Of a stretch of DNA of 64,000 bases, positions 13,095 through 25,656 are shown piece after piece. Numbering within the stretch: position 1 is the stretch's first letter; each line of letters starts with the position of its first letter. The DNA lies in NCBI RefSeq assembly GCF_018977255.1, contig NW_024704742.1, forward strand, positions 55,306,001 through 55,370,000, written 5' to 3'. The notes beneath the pieces were generated by a model. The model did not search any database. It saw nothing but the letters and a program-made list of their open reading frames with translations, and was not told the DNA's origin. This stretch comes from Callorhinchus milii (taxonomy: Eukaryota). The position numbers were made by a program, and so were the translations under genes.

Positions 13095-13340
13095 ATTCAA
13101 CTTCAATGTAAGTCATTCTAAGACCCCCCTGTACAAAAATATTTCTAATTCCAATTTCCTGCCGAAAATCCTCAAATTGTTTCCTCTTGTTCTGGACTTG
13201 TTGATCAGTGGAAATAGGTTCTCTTTATTTACTCGACAATGACTGTTAATTCTTTTGAAGATCTCTATAGATTGTTCTTCAATATTCTCTGCTACAGAAA
13301 AATAGTCCCAACTTTTCAAGCCCTCATATAACTGATACAA
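13095..13340 (-). mobile_element. Old CR1 3' fragment
   Basis: Minus ORF IEIFKRINSHCRVNKENLFPLINKSRTRGNNLRI resembles the CR1 ORF2 C-terminus. Confidence 0.65.
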
Positions 13341-13399
13341 GAGAACCCAGTTATTGTGCCCTTTTCTATAGTATTGCCTTCAGGCAACTTGCTTACGGA

Positions 13400-13650
13400 C
13401 ATCAACAACAAGAAGAAGATTGCATTTATAGAGCGCCTTTCACTTCAGGAGGACGTCCCGAGGCGCTGGACAGTTGGGTTGGGACCCGAGCAGGGGTGTC
13501 AAGTCCTGGATGAGGGCAAATTTCCTACAGTTGAATGTGAACAAGACTGAGGCCCTCCTGATTGGCTCACGCCAGCGCCTCAGCACCTCAGGCTCTGGCA
13601 TCATCAACCTCCATGGTTGCTCACTTCCCTCACCTCCGTAACACCTCGGG
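13400..13650. mobile_element. Composite L2 fragment: minus-strand 3' tail fused to a plus-strand internal piece
   Basis: 13400-13495 is the reverse of an L2 tail; 13497-13645 is nearly identical to 48866-48992 and 32615-32742. Confidence 0.75.
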
Positions 13651-13693
13651 ATTAAAGTTCAGATTGCTGCTGCACACTAGAAAAGTAAGTTAC

Positions 13694-13817
13694 CTTTTGC
13701 GTTGTTTCGTTCAGGCACTTCATGGCAGGAGTTCTGCGATTATCCAGGAACAGCGGGTCCTTCCAACGATCATAGTTAGTTTCCAGTACATACCAGCTGC
13801 CATGTTTAAGATCAAGC
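13694..13817 (-). CDS. ASAH1: Acid ceramidase exon 12 (124 nt)
   Basis: [45 protein letters not shown] boundaries. Confidence 0.96.
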
Positions 13818-13948
13818 CTAGGAGGTGAGGAAAAATTAACTGAGGATTAAACTCCAGCACAAACACATTTAATGATAATCGATGTTCCACTTCATATAAG
13901 ACGGTGAAGGACAGTCGAAACTCAAGACTCTACTTTGATAAAACTTAC

Positions 13949-14080
13949 TCCCAGACATCCAGACAAGCTTTTCTCGAGCGTGTGATAACACAGCCTTCCC
14001 CTGACCGGTTGCCTCCGAGTATGAAGTACGCTGGTGCCAGCATTTTTGTATTAGTGAGTTGGTCCTTGGCTTGTGCGTAA
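13949..14080 (-). CDS. ASAH1: Acid ceramidase exon 11 (132 nt)
   Basis: [46 protein letters not shown] acceptor, GTAAGT donor. Confidence 0.96.
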
Positions 14081-14364
14081 CTACAAGATAAAACATTAAC
14101 ATTTGGTGACCCTATGGTTATCAAATTCAAGTCTTCAGGTTCACAATTTCTGGCTTAAAATGAAGACAGGTAGATATGTGAAACGTTTGTATCATAATAA
14201 TCCTTGCATTTGACTTTATCACGTCAAAATGTCTCAACGTGATACAAAGAGTGAAACAATTTTCACAACTACCGATGCAGGCTTAAAGGAAATTGCCATC
14301 ATGCCTCGTCACCTGGGCCTATAGAAAAGTGCGTCCGCTTCCTTTGCTACAAACATCCCCTTTG

Positions 14365-14974
14365 CTACACACCTGTACACAGTGAGCTCGGCCCCACTAC
14401 ACACCTGTACAGTGAGCTCGGCCCCACTACACACCTGTACAGTGAGCTCGGCCCCACTACACACCTGTACAGTGAGCTCGGCCTCACTACACACCTGTAC
14501 AGTGAGCTCGGCCCCACTACACACCTGTACACAGTGAGCTCGGCCCCACTACACACCTGTACAGTGAGCTCGGCCTCACTACACACCTGTACAGTGAGCT
14601 CGGCCTCACTACACACCTGTACAGTGAGCTCGGCCTCACTACACACCTGTACACAGTGAGCTCGGCCCCACTACACACCTGTACAGTGAGCTCGGCCCCA
14701 CTACACACCTGTACAGTGAGCTCGGCCCCACTACACACCTGTACAGTGAGCTCGGCCTCACTACACACCTGTACACAGTGAGCTCGGCCCCACTACACAC
14801 CTGTACACAGTGAGCGCGGCCCCACTACACACCTGTACAGTGAGCTCGGCCCCACTACACACCTGTACACAGTGAGCTCGGCCCCACTACACACCTGTAC
14901 AGTGAGCTCGGCCTCACTACACACCTGTACAGTGAGCTCGGCCTCACTACACACCTGTACAGTGAGCTCGGCCC
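14365..14974. repeat. 30/32-bp minisatellite, about 20 copies, in ASAH1 intron 10
   Basis: Unit CTACACACCTGTAC(AC)AGTGAGCTCGGCC(C/T)CA. Confidence 0.96.
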
Positions 14975-15826
14975 TGGGACTCTGCACGGTGTTTTCTCCA
15001 CACCATTACTGTGGGTGGCGTATGTGTGGGGTGGGGAGTATTGTGATGGCGGAAGCGTCGCAAGCGGGAAATCGACTGTGCCTGCCGCCCGACCTAAACT
15101 GTGGCGAATTCATAGTAATTGCTGTACTATTCAAAGTTAAATTTCTTTGTGAAAATACATCTTCACAAAATGTATGCCTATATTTTTAATTCGGGTTGTT
15201 TCACAAAATGTGTCTCTCGATAGCACCAATCAACCTTATGGAACTTTCCACAAAATCTATCAAATTTCTCTGTAATTTTCAGCAAAATTTGTCAAACTCC
15301 CCATAATTTTTGGCAAATTTTTCTACCGGTCATCACCTACAAATAGTCACTGCACTTCAAAATAAAAATCCTTTGAAGAGCTTTGAGATGTCTGGAATCA
15401 GCTTTGGTTGTTTTTGACTGATGACTAAAAAAAGTTTTTTTAATTCTCCTACAATTCATTTGATAAGTTACTATATCAAATTCAAGGATTAATATATTAC
15501 AGACTTAATATCTCAATCTCAACAATTTCATATCAACAAAAGCAGATTGGGATACATTGTACATGAACACATTTTCAGTGAATTTTGCCCTGAAAGGGAT
15601 CAATTCCAATTCCCAGTGAAAGTTCTACAAAGTGAAAATGAAGTATCCTCAAAATAACACTTACTCCATTTTCAAAGGGGTTAGTGATACAGGAACACTG
15701 GGATTCTGAATTCAGTGTGTGAAATGGTTGCCCTCTTACACACAAAATATTTGCTCGCAAATACACACAACATGATACGGTGCTAAATCAATGTAAGGAT
15801 TATTATTTCAGAACAGTATTCTATAC

Positions 15827-15908
15827 CTGGTAGCATTCTCCAGCACCGACCGAGTAAGAAAACTCATCCAGAAGCCATCTCTTTTACCCAGGATCCATTC
15901 AATGATAC
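15827..15908 (-). CDS. ASAH1: Acid ceramidase exon 10 (82 nt)
   Basis: [32 protein letters not shown] boundaries. Confidence 0.96.
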
Positions 15909-16319
15909 CTAAAGAATAACTTATTTAATTTTTTTTTACCAATAATAAAGACTATGCGTTTCAAAGTCACGTTAGACAGGCTCAAACAATCCACTGAATC
16001 AGCTTTGGTTGTTTTTGACCGATGATGATTAAAAAAAGTTATTTTAATTCTCCTACAATTCAGCCATGAGCTCCAGTGATGCTTTTCACTCCCCCCCAAA
16101 GTTCTTATACTCCAAAATCTGAACATATTGACATTTTAAAAACTTCAATCTTTCTATGTTGACATACAAAGTTCCTATATAAACTAGACAAAAAGGGGTA
16201 GAAATAGAAAATTGGGTTAGGGTGTTTCAACTTAATATTGTTTGTTCTGAATCAAATTAAAGGAGTTCCACTTGCACAATATTTCAAATACACCGCGATT
16301 GAATAGATGAGCTATTTAC

Positions 16320-16374
16320 CAATATATCCTCCATCAATGTTGAAACGCTCATTCATTGTGAGTGTGAATATCCC
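16320..16374 (-). CDS. ASAH1: Acid ceramidase exon 9 (55 nt)
   Basis: GIFTLTMNERFNIDGGYI; AG/GT boundaries. Confidence 0.96.
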
Positions 16375-17055
16375 CTGCAAATAAACAGATACTTATGTTA
16401 CAACAAAAACAACTTGCCTTGATATATTGACCTTCGTGTAGGATAACGTCTCAGAGTAATTTCCAGTGAATGGGTCAGACGCCAAACAGAAGGGAGGGGA
16501 CCAGTGCTACAACACTGTTATTTGTTACAACACTGAAGTATCACAAAGTAAAATACTGCTATGGTGGTCAAGCTATGGTGCTACAAGAACAATTTAGACT
16601 TATATAGCACCTTCCAGATCAGTAGGATGTCTCAAAGCGCTTCACCAAACTCACTGGGAACGAGGAGAGAGGGGAGAGAAAAATAATTGCCAGTTTGTTC
16701 GAAAAGATAGATCTTAAGGTGGGCTTTAAAGGCAGGAAGGTAGGGCTAAAGCAGGTTGCATAGGAACAATATTTTTAAAAACAAAACCAGAAGTCGCTGG
16801 GAATACTCAGCAGGTCAGGCAAAACAATATTTTTAGATGCTTATCCTCAAACAAATGCATCTAATTTATTCTGTCGGTTCTAAATACGGTCACTATACTT
16901 TACAGTATATCCTGTGAGGCATTTGGGGATGTCCTCCCGACATGGCAAATACAAGTATTATTATTATGAAAATACAATATACAGTATTATATGCAAAATA
17001 TAATATATATGCAAATGCATAGTCCCACACCATCTCAGAATTGTTTAGTACTTAC

Positions 17056-17200
17056 AGGCCTCATGCCAGTCAACATTCCAACATATCCAGCAAAATTAGT
17101 GGATTTAAATATGGTTTTGTTGTTCCTCTGGAAATCTAGATTAACTGTTAAAGGTCGAAGATATTCTGGAATCTCCCAACTATGTTTTTTTATATCCCAA
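17056..17200 (-). CDS. ASAH1: Acid ceramidase exon 8 (145 nt)
   Basis: [50 protein letters not shown] acceptor, GTAAGT donor. Confidence 0.96.
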
Positions 17201-18222
17201 CTGCAAAAGAAGAAAATGGAAGGACAATTTACTCACAAAAGTCCTTTTTGTTGGAGTTATAACAGATGAGGAAATTATTACATCTCCTCAAACTATTGGG
17301 TTAATGCTTTCACAATGTATTTGATTATTGTCCTTCCCTCCCTGCATTAGCTCAGCACCACTTACAAAAGGTGAACATTGATTATCCACCAATCTCAAGT
17401 ATCCACAGTCAGGCCTCTTCTGTTATGGGAGATAATCAAGGATTCAATGTTCGGGAGCCTTTTTAACAACATCTTAAACTGGGGGTTTCAATCTTTCAAA
17501 ATAAGCATCTTCATGTCTCACATTTTTGAAGATTCACTTAGGCATTTTCTGCAATTACAGTTATACAAGTATAAAGATCTTCAGTATAAAGTGGGTTTGC
17601 TTATATGATCCTCAACATTTACTTAACCCTGTCCCCCACACCCTAAAAAAAATACAAGCACCATGTGCACTGTCATAGGAAAGTTAAAAATTGTTGACTT
17701 CCATGTCATCAGGTCACTGCTGAAATGAGTGGTTTCGGTGATGATGATCTGAATGTCAGTCAATTTGACACTCTGTGTGCCTGCCTGGCTGGCTGCTGGG
17801 GTTTCATCCCTTTGCACTCAGGCACAACGACTGCTGAAGTGCTGATCAGCAATCGTGCCCCTTTACAGTGCTTGTTTGAGGATACATTTGTTTAAAGAGC
17901 CTAACTAAACAGGCTACAATTGTAGTTTTCATATAAAAATCACAATGCAACACTGTAAAAATACACTACAGTTGGAGTTCCTACACAAAAAGATTCATTC
18001 TTTCACAAAATTACAGAAGAGCACTTTTACTAAATGTAGATGTTTATGCTGATTACTGCTGGGATAGAAACCATTCCTGACAGTTGCCTCGCAGTGACAT
18101 TTATGAAGGTAATATCAAAATCAAAAATGCTTTTTAAACTATCTGAAATATGATAATACGACATGACCATATTTTAATCACTACCAATAAACCAACTCGT
18201 TTTGCATGGATCTTGTACTTAC

Positions 18223-18268
18223 CCAAGAAACAATCCAAAATCCAGATTTCTAGCGTGGTATAACTTGC
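18223..18268 (-). CDS. ASAH1: Acid ceramidase exon 7 (46 nt)
   Basis: GKLYHARNLDFGLFLG; AG acceptor, GTAAGT donor. Confidence 0.96.
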
Positions 18269-18323
18269 CTGGAAATAAACATAATTGTGTTCAATTCATG
18301 TACCATGTTGTCTCAACAACATT

Positions 18324-18635
18324 GGAGTCCTGTAGCTCAGTGGTTAGAGCACTCGCTTTGCAAGCGAGAGACCTGAGTTCAATTCCAGGCAGGGCGAAAC
18401 CTTAGGCAAGTTTCCTTACTCCACACGCCTAATAATAATCCCTCCAAAACCAAAAACAATAATAAATTGGTCATTTTCAATCTACGACTGTTTGTGGGAC
18501 ATTGCTGTGCGCAATTGGCTGCCGCGTTCGCCCACAAATATACAGTCAATTCACTTTACAGTGTGTTCTGTGAAGCGCTTTGGGACGTCCTCCCGACGTG
18601 AAAAGCGCTATATCAAATGCAAGGATTATTATTAT
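18324..18635 (+). mobile_element. Young tRNA(Ala-like)-derived SINE, short variant, with 9-bp TSD
   Basis: GGAGTCCTGTAGCTCAGTGGTTAGAGC..GAGTTCAATTCC (A/B boxes); flanked by AACAACATT at 18315-18323 and 18636-18644. Confidence 0.92.
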
Positions 18636-18777
18636 AACAACATTAGTCATGGAATTAGAGAACTCAGCATAGCTTACCTCAAAGATTCGTATATTATGAT
18701 GCATTAAAAAGTGACCCATATTGTTTTATATTATAGAAAGACCCACATTATATTAAAAAGTGACTTATGTTATATAT

Positions 18778-18982
18778 GTTTTTTCCCAGCGAGTTGTTAC
18801 AACCTGGAATGCACTGCCTGAAAGGGGGTGGGGGAAACAGATTTAACAGTAGATTTCAAAAGGGAATTGATAAGGGAAAAATTGCAAGGCTAAGGGGTAA
18901 GAGTGGGATAGTTGGGTAGCTCTTTCAAAGAGTCAGCACAGGCACAAGGGGATGGTTCTGTGCTGTAATATTCGATGATTGT
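18778..18982 (+). mobile_element. CR1 3' end fragment
   Basis: Similar to 12765-13000. Confidence 0.75.
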
Positions 18983-19201
18983 AAAGTGACCTATATTATT
19001 AGACAAAAAGTAAAAGCTGACGATTATTTCTGATCCATCTTCCTCTGAATGCTTTTAAATTTTAATTTTTAAGTTTTTTTTAATTTTGCAATATTTTAAC
19101 TAAAGGGCCGTTTTAGTTTTCTTTCCCCATATTTCTTCCTGCTCTCACCATAAATATTTACCAGGACACCCAGTTAAGAGACTTCATAATTGCAAACATA
19201 C

Positions 19202-19276
19202 CAGTTGTATCTTCAGCTACAAGTGATGTACACACTGTGAATATTTCATAGAAGACATTGAAGAACATAACTTCCC
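19202..19276 (-). CDS. ASAH1: Acid ceramidase exon 6 (75 nt), includes the catalytic Cys
   Basis: [27 protein letters not shown] is the Ntn-hydrolase autocleavage site and nucleophile. Confidence 0.97.
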
Positions 19277-20452
19277 CTGTAATTTAAACAAGAAACTGCA
19301 ATGGTTAAGAAATAAGAGCACTCAAACCTGCTATATGCATTACTTTAAACAGACTTACTATGTTAAGAAAAGCAGTCACAACATTCTCCAGCCTAGAAAT
19401 TTATTGAAGCCGTTTCACAAATGTTACAACTGAAGTGAAGAATTCCTGTGTTGGAAGTCAAATATTTCACACCTGGGCCAGTCAGCATCAGCACCAAGTA
19501 CTCTCAAGTAGGGTGTTGAGTAAAGCTCCTGTTACACAACTTTATAAAGCGTCTTAAGCGACTCTCTACCCCCTCCTCGCTCCCTCCTTTCCCTCCCCTC
19601 ACCCTGACCATTTCCCCCCTGCTTGGGTCCTGACGTAAAAGGCACCATACAAATGTAATCTTGTTGTTGTTGATTCTAGGCTTCCTTATGGCAAGATCAG
19701 CAATTTAGATGCAATTAGTAACTTTATGTTGTGGGCTCCTTAGAGGATGCCAAACATCAGTTTAACACAGACCAGGGTTTAAACCTGCAGTATTTGAGTC
19801 TATTCGGCGCAGTATTGCACCAGACATTGCCTTTATCTTATAAGGCCTTTGGGAGGATTTCCTTAACTTTTAAAAGTCTGATTAGCAATCAGATGCAGAT
19901 GTTTATAACACTATGCCCATTAACCCAACACTACGTGTTACAGATGTTATCTCTTAACAGCCACCACAAAAGGATGTTTCATGATGATTGGTTTCACAGC
20001 TATTTTACAACCCAACACTTTTAGATTATATATGCAGGATAGCTGTCTAGGAGAATTAATAAATAGAATTCTTACTGAGAGGTTACCCTCCCACTCCCCA
20101 CAAATTGTTGTTTATCATTCGGAAGTACTTTATTGCAACCAAAAATACAACATAAAGCTCTTAAGGAAAATTCATTTAGTTTGGGATCCAATTTACCAGT
20201 GTTGAGCATCATGAATTGTCCCAACAGCCAGTGAGCTCTGATACTGATAAGTAGAGACAACCCCACCAATGAATCAATTATTATGATAAGATCACTATAA
20301 TAAGGATGATTCAGATGAAGAAGGCCCTACGGTCCATTTTATCTAATCTTTCCAGAATACCCACCGCACTGTCCCACATCAAAATCGAGCGACAAACAGC
20401 TGACTAATAAGTAATAAACATTTGACACATATTATAACAATAATTGCAATAC

Positions 20453-20531
20453 CCAAGGGCAGTCCAGAAACATCTGCGATTCCCTTTATTTCTTCATTAA
20501 ATGGAAAAGGAAGTGTGTCTACCAGCGGAGC
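20453..20531 (-). CDS. ASAH1: Acid ceramidase exon 5 (79 nt)
   Basis: APLVDTLPFPFNEEIKGIADVSGLPL; AG/GT boundaries. Confidence 0.96.
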
Positions 20532-21240
20532 CTGGAAGAAGAGGAAAAGGGTGTGAAACAATGTTACAAGGATTTCTAAAAATGTTATTGAGGGACACAC
20601 TGCCAGAATTAATTCTTGAATTGGTACTCTCAAACAAGCACAGAGAGTTTAGCCCAAGAACAGGAAAAGATACCAATACCAACTTCTTACTTTCTTATCT
20701 TGTTCCATCTCTCGCTTCAGAAATATAGCTCTGCTGCAAGGCAGTAATGTAACATAACACCATGCAGCTCATACAATATGAAATCTAGTCAGTAGAAAAA
20801 ATGAACACATGATGTATAGCCACCCAAAGCACATTCAGCACTACTTTATTGAAAGTCAACATTACAGTTAACATGGAGGTTTTAGCAACAAAATCAGCAT
20901 TTTTGCAACATAGTCTCTCAATCGTGTTATAAGTACTATCGAATATCATCTTAACAATGAAACGTCTAGGTTATAGAACATACAATTCTATAAACTACTG
21001 CATAAAATGGGCCAGGATGAATCTGAGGCATACAAAGTGCCTCAGATTCATCCTGCTCCACTTTATGCAGTAGTTTATAGAATTCTTTACCTAAGGCATA
21101 AATACAGAGCAATGAAGGCAAGTAACCACTTGGGTTTCAAACTTTTGAGGACAATAGACAGGACAAAATACAACCATATGCAAGACAGTGCCTGGCCATG
21201 TTTAGAAGTAAATTAGAAATAAACTGAATTGCATTCTTAC

Positions 21241-21327
21241 CAGATGTTTGTCCACGAGCTCAATCAGTTTGCCACTCGGGAAGAAGTCGTTTGCTAAATT
21301 CTTGATTGCCTGGATTAAATTTGTCAC
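21241..21327 (-). CDS. ASAH1: Acid ceramidase exon 4 (87 nt)
   Basis: VTNLIQAIKNLANDFFPSGKLIELVDKHL; AG acceptor, GTAAGA donor. Confidence 0.95.
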
Positions 21328-21679
21328 CTGAAATCAATCAATAAAACATATGCTTTAGAAGTGTTGTTTTTAATGTAAATGTAAAATTTAATTGAACACC
21401 ATCTAATATCAAATTAAAAACAAGTCTTGTGTAGTCTTCCTCTCTCCCTGAAAATATTCACTTGTGTTGGGAGCATATTTCTGTAAGTGCCTGGTGCCCT
21501 ATACGTTGCCCAGAGAGCTTTTCTTTATGTATGAGTTTAGACATTAGATATCAGCAAACTATTTGACTGAGGGAAGAAAAAAACATTAGAGAGGAGTCGG
21601 ATCCTATCCTGACCCTACGTTGCCATTACGGATTCCTGGATGATCAAATCTGGAGAAGGAAACCTTGCTCGTCTCTTTA

Positions 21680-22350
21680 AGTACCTTTGAATCTGTCTCC
21701 CGTTCCTCTCTCACCATCACTAAAACCTACATGAAACCGACCACCTGCTCCCTCGAACCCATCCCTACCCCTCTTATCTCTCAGCTCCATCTCCTTGCTC
21801 CCCCTACTCACCGACATCATAAACCTCTCCCTGTCCACTGGCACTATTCCTACTCCTGTAACAATGTCAGTCAACACTCCTATCCTTAAAAAACCCTCCT
21901 TCAACTCATCCCTCTCTGAAATTGCCATCCCATCTCCAACCTCTCTTTCCTTTCCAAGGTCCTGGAACAAGTCATTGGTTCCCAGCTTCGCTCCTTCTTC
22001 TCCCGCACACCCTCCACAAACCCCTCCAATCGGGTTTTTGTGCCGCCCACAGCACAGAAACAGCCCTGGTCAAAGTGACAAAGGACATTCTGTCCATCTG
22101 CGACCAGGACTCCCTCTGCCTGCTTGACCTCTCTACTGCCTTTGACACTGTGGACCACTCTACCCTCCTCCACGTCTCCGCCTCGCCCATCCCATCATTG
22201 GCGGGCAGGCCTTCAGCCTCTCTGCCCCCAACTTGTGGAACTCCATCCCGCATTCCCACCGCCTCGTCCCATCCCTTGCCTCTTTCAAGACCCGTCTCAA
22301 GGCCATCCTCTTCGACCGTGCCTTCGGTCACCCTGCTTTCCCCCTGCCCG
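21680..22350 (+). mobile_element. L2 LINE fragment with internal deletion
   Basis: MKPTTCSLEPIPT, TPILKKP, LQSGFCAAHSTETALVKVT, LLDLSTAFDTVDH, then a jump at about 22170 to the ORF2 C-terminal region. Confidence 0.9.
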
Positions 22351-22894
22351 AAGAATTCTGAATATAGTGTTTTCAATATTTTTTCAAACATTGGTTTACA
22401 AATATTTCCTGTTTCAAAACATGATGTAAAAAATTGTTGGAAGTAAGACACAGCAGAATGAAACTGAGTGACAGTAACAGATAAGAAATGAGGTGCTCAA
22501 AGATTAAATCGGACCCAGATTTAATTTTCTTCCAGCTGTACATACCCTTTCTAAAATACGTCAATAAGCTTAGCATCTTGCCATAACAATATGCTTCAGT
22601 TGCCTTCTTCCTCATAACACTTGTGCAAATTTGTGCTTCTGACATTTGTGCATTAAGTACTCAACTGGAACATAGAAGTTGAAGCATGTTAAAGTAAGCT
22701 ATTTTCTAAATGTTTAAGGAGAACAAATTATCAGTCTTTTTATTCACAACGTTGAATAACATCTGCATTACACCTCATATCAGTTTTCAGAAATGTATAA
22801 AAAAGGAGCCATAATTATCTAGCTGCATTCTTGTTTACAAACTTCTGATTTAGTACAACTATAGGAAATGACATTACGTCAGTATCATGAACAA

Positions 22895-23240
22895 AAGAAT
22901 AATATTCCTTGCATTTGATATAGTGCCTTGTATTGTCAGCAAAGGATTTTACTGTTAAGTGTAGTGACTGTATATTTGTAGCGAACATGGCAGACAATTT
23001 GAGCACACTGGGAACAACTCACTTCTCTTCAAATAGTGCCATAGAATCTTTATCGTCCACCTGAACAGGCCTTAGGGAGGATCTAGGGTTTTATGCTTTA
23101 TCCGAAGGTTGACTGACACATATCGAAATTGTAGAGCTCCTCCAGCAGTGTAACGGAGTAGAAGCCGACACCACAATCTTGGGACTTGAATCCATAACAT
23201 TCTGACTCAAAGGTAAGAGTTTTATAAACTGAGCCAGGCT
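22895..23240 (-). mobile_element. Deu-domain-like SINE with shared tail, diverged
   Basis: Reverse of ..GTTCAGGTGGACGATAAAGATTCTATGGCACTATTTGAAGAGAAG.. plus tRNA-like head and tail. Confidence 0.65.
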
Positions 23241-23354
23241 GTGACTGAGCACTGAACCACGAGTGTCAATCACCATTCTTAAAATGGTTCAACGATATAA
23301 AAAAATCATTGGTTTCTACAGAAGATATGCCCACACAAGAGATTGATCACATAC

Positions 23355-23445
23355 CTCTACTTTCTTGTCACTGATCAGCTGGTTCCACCTTTTATGTGGT
23401 GCAGAATCAAGATTTATTGTGTACCAAGGAATTTTTCCTTTAAAT
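23355..23445 (-). CDS. ASAH1: Acid ceramidase exon 3 (91 nt)
   Basis: FKGKIPWYTINLDSAPHKRWNQLISDKKVE; AG acceptor, GTATGT donor. Confidence 0.96.
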
Positions 23446-23614
23446 CTGTGTATGCAAGAAATCAGGACATTAACACTAATTTATGTACAGTATTACATTG
23501 AAGCAGAAGCGTTTATTCTCACTATGCTGAGAAGCAGAGGTCATTACATGAACGTCACACAGTTCAGCTGTCACTTTTGCTGACTGAACAAAAGAGCAGT
23601 TGTACATTCTTATT

Positions 23615-23902
23615 CTTCCTTTAAATGAAGGTGTTAAACCAAGGTCCCATGTGCCTGTTTAGGTGGATATTAAAGATACCATAGCATTATTCGAAAAGAG
23701 AAGGGAATTTATCTCAGTGACAATCCCCCAAATAAAATTGCTCATTCACTTCATGGCTGTTTATGGATATTGCTGTGTACAAATTAGGTGCCTTATTCGC
23801 CTACAAAATACACAGTCACTAGATTTCATGGATTATCATTTGAAGAGTACTGAGATGTTTTCCTGATATAAAAGGTGCAAAATATAAGGATTATTATTAT
23901 TT
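23615..23902 (+). mobile_element. Deu-domain-like SINE, 5'-truncated
   Basis: GTTAAACCAAGGTCCCATGTGCCTGTTTAGGTGGATATTAAAGATACC plus shared tail. Confidence 0.65.
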
Positions 23903-24388
23903 AATAATTAAGTTAGAAAGTGATCTGAGTAGTAAAAATTATGGCAAATGACGACATACGTCACAAGGTGGACCTATAAAGTGATACATTATTATTAAAT
24001 TCTTGGTTATGTCATTGTGCTGGATCTTTTTTGTACAGAGCAGACTGTGAATGGCAAACATGTAAAAACCACATTAAGCCTTACTGTTATAAATATAATT
24101 GAACTGTAATATATTGCCAAAAAGTAAAACTAAGAGCCCCTACAAACATTTTGCATAACATTTTGAACAGTTCATGCAGCATTTTGTAAGAGTAGATTAA
24201 AGTTTTCTGGTAGAGCCTTTGTGAAGCTGTTAAAAACAATTATATTCTTGGTACAACCTCCTTACTCCAGTTCCCAGGTCATAAAAATACACATTAAGGC
24301 ACTGAACCAGATTATACTACAGTTAAAAGTTTCCTTTATACAACCTGTGCTTTCAATTCATTGCCATCTACAATATTTTACTTCTTAC

Positions 24389-24435
24389 GTTGGGCCATGT
24401 GGAGGGTAAGTGCCTTTTCTGCATTCTTCAGAATA
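24389..24435 (-). CDS. ASAH1: Acid ceramidase exon 2 (47 nt)
   Basis: YSEECRKGTYPPHGPT; AG acceptor, GTAAGA donor. Confidence 0.95.
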
Positions 24436-24765
24436 CTGTGTAAAGAAAAGAAACATATGAACATTAAAGAGGTTCACTCTCTATTACACATTAGCAGCAA
24501 TAGGGGGTTGTGCCGAGGCCGCCAGATATTCTGATATTTCCTGGCTTTTAGGAACAGAAAGGCTGACATTTAAGTAATTAAGTGTACCAAAGGTCGCTCC
24601 CGATTTTAGTATCAGAAATTCTCAGTTCCTTATTTTGGAGCATTTTCCTCAACACACTCGTTGAAAATTGGCATTTTCAAGCAAATAGATTTAGAATTCA
24701 TTCACTGATGATGTCTAAACGTCTCATCTGATCAGAGTACACTAACTCCACCTATCCAGTACAAG

Positions 24766-25068
24766 TAATATAATAATAATCCTTGCATTTAATACAGCGT
24801 TTTTCATGTTTTCTCGACATCTCAAAGCGCTTCACCGAATAGACTGTAAAGCGAATTGATTGTATATTTGTGGGCGAAACGCGGCAGCCAATTGCGCACA
24901 GCGGTGTCCCACAAACAGTCATGGATTGAAGTGACCAATTTATTCTTTTATTCTTGAGGATTATCAGGCGTGTGGAGTAAGGAAACTTGCCCATGGTTTT
25001 GCCCTCCCAGGAATCGAGCCCAGGTCCCTCACATGCAAGGCGAGCGCTATAACCACTGAGCGACAGGA
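24766..25068 (-). mobile_element. tRNA-derived SINE, short variant
   Basis: Reverse-complement match to 18324-18635. Confidence 0.88.
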
Positions 25069-25656
25069 TGCACCCCTCCTGGGAACGAGTGCGCATTCCA
25101 ACAAATATCTTGGGATGCGTAGAGCTCTCAGTTTGGTTTGGGTATTCCTAGGCACGGTGGTGGGTTTCCCGCGTGTGCGGGACGCCCGGCTGACCCGACA
25201 AAAAGCAATAAGCCGACACGTCTTTTTTTTTGTCACTCGCACAAGAAAAAGACACAATTCGAAAAAAGAGTTAAATTGCGCCTTTTTTTTTTGAGCCTCG
25301 AGCCACCCTCCTTCCCCCCTCCCACCTCCCCGATCGGGTCCGTGAACACCGACCGTCCGGCGCCTCGGGACGGCTGCCTGAGGCGAAGGGCCCGACGCCA
25401 ACGGACCGGCGCCGCTGCCGGGTCAAACCGACCCCAGAAAAAAAAGTTCGAGAGGCGAAGCCCTGTCCAATTTCCTAACGCGTTTACCGGTTTTTGAAAA
25501 AAAAAACCACACACACGCACACAAATGCCACTCCTCCGGCCGAAGGCAAAAAAACAACAACGACGACGACAAAAAGAGACTCGAAAAAACGCTGCGGGGC
25601 GGACCCGGGAGGGAGGCAGCGGGAGCGGTTCGCAAGGCCGCGGGCGCGAGAGCTGA

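Noticed and set aside
13400..13650. Twin-priming 5' inversion of one L2
   Set aside because: The tail and the internal piece resemble different L2 subfamilies in the window, so a single inverted insertion is not supported.
14365..14974. 30-bp repeats resembling a CRISPR array
   Set aside because: Head-to-tail repeats with no unique spacers, no cas genes, and located in a vertebrate intron.
18324..18400. tRNA-Ala-like gene (also at 47290-47363 and other SINE heads)
   Set aside because: It is a SINE head: no proper acceptor stem, and it continues into the SINE body with a TSD.
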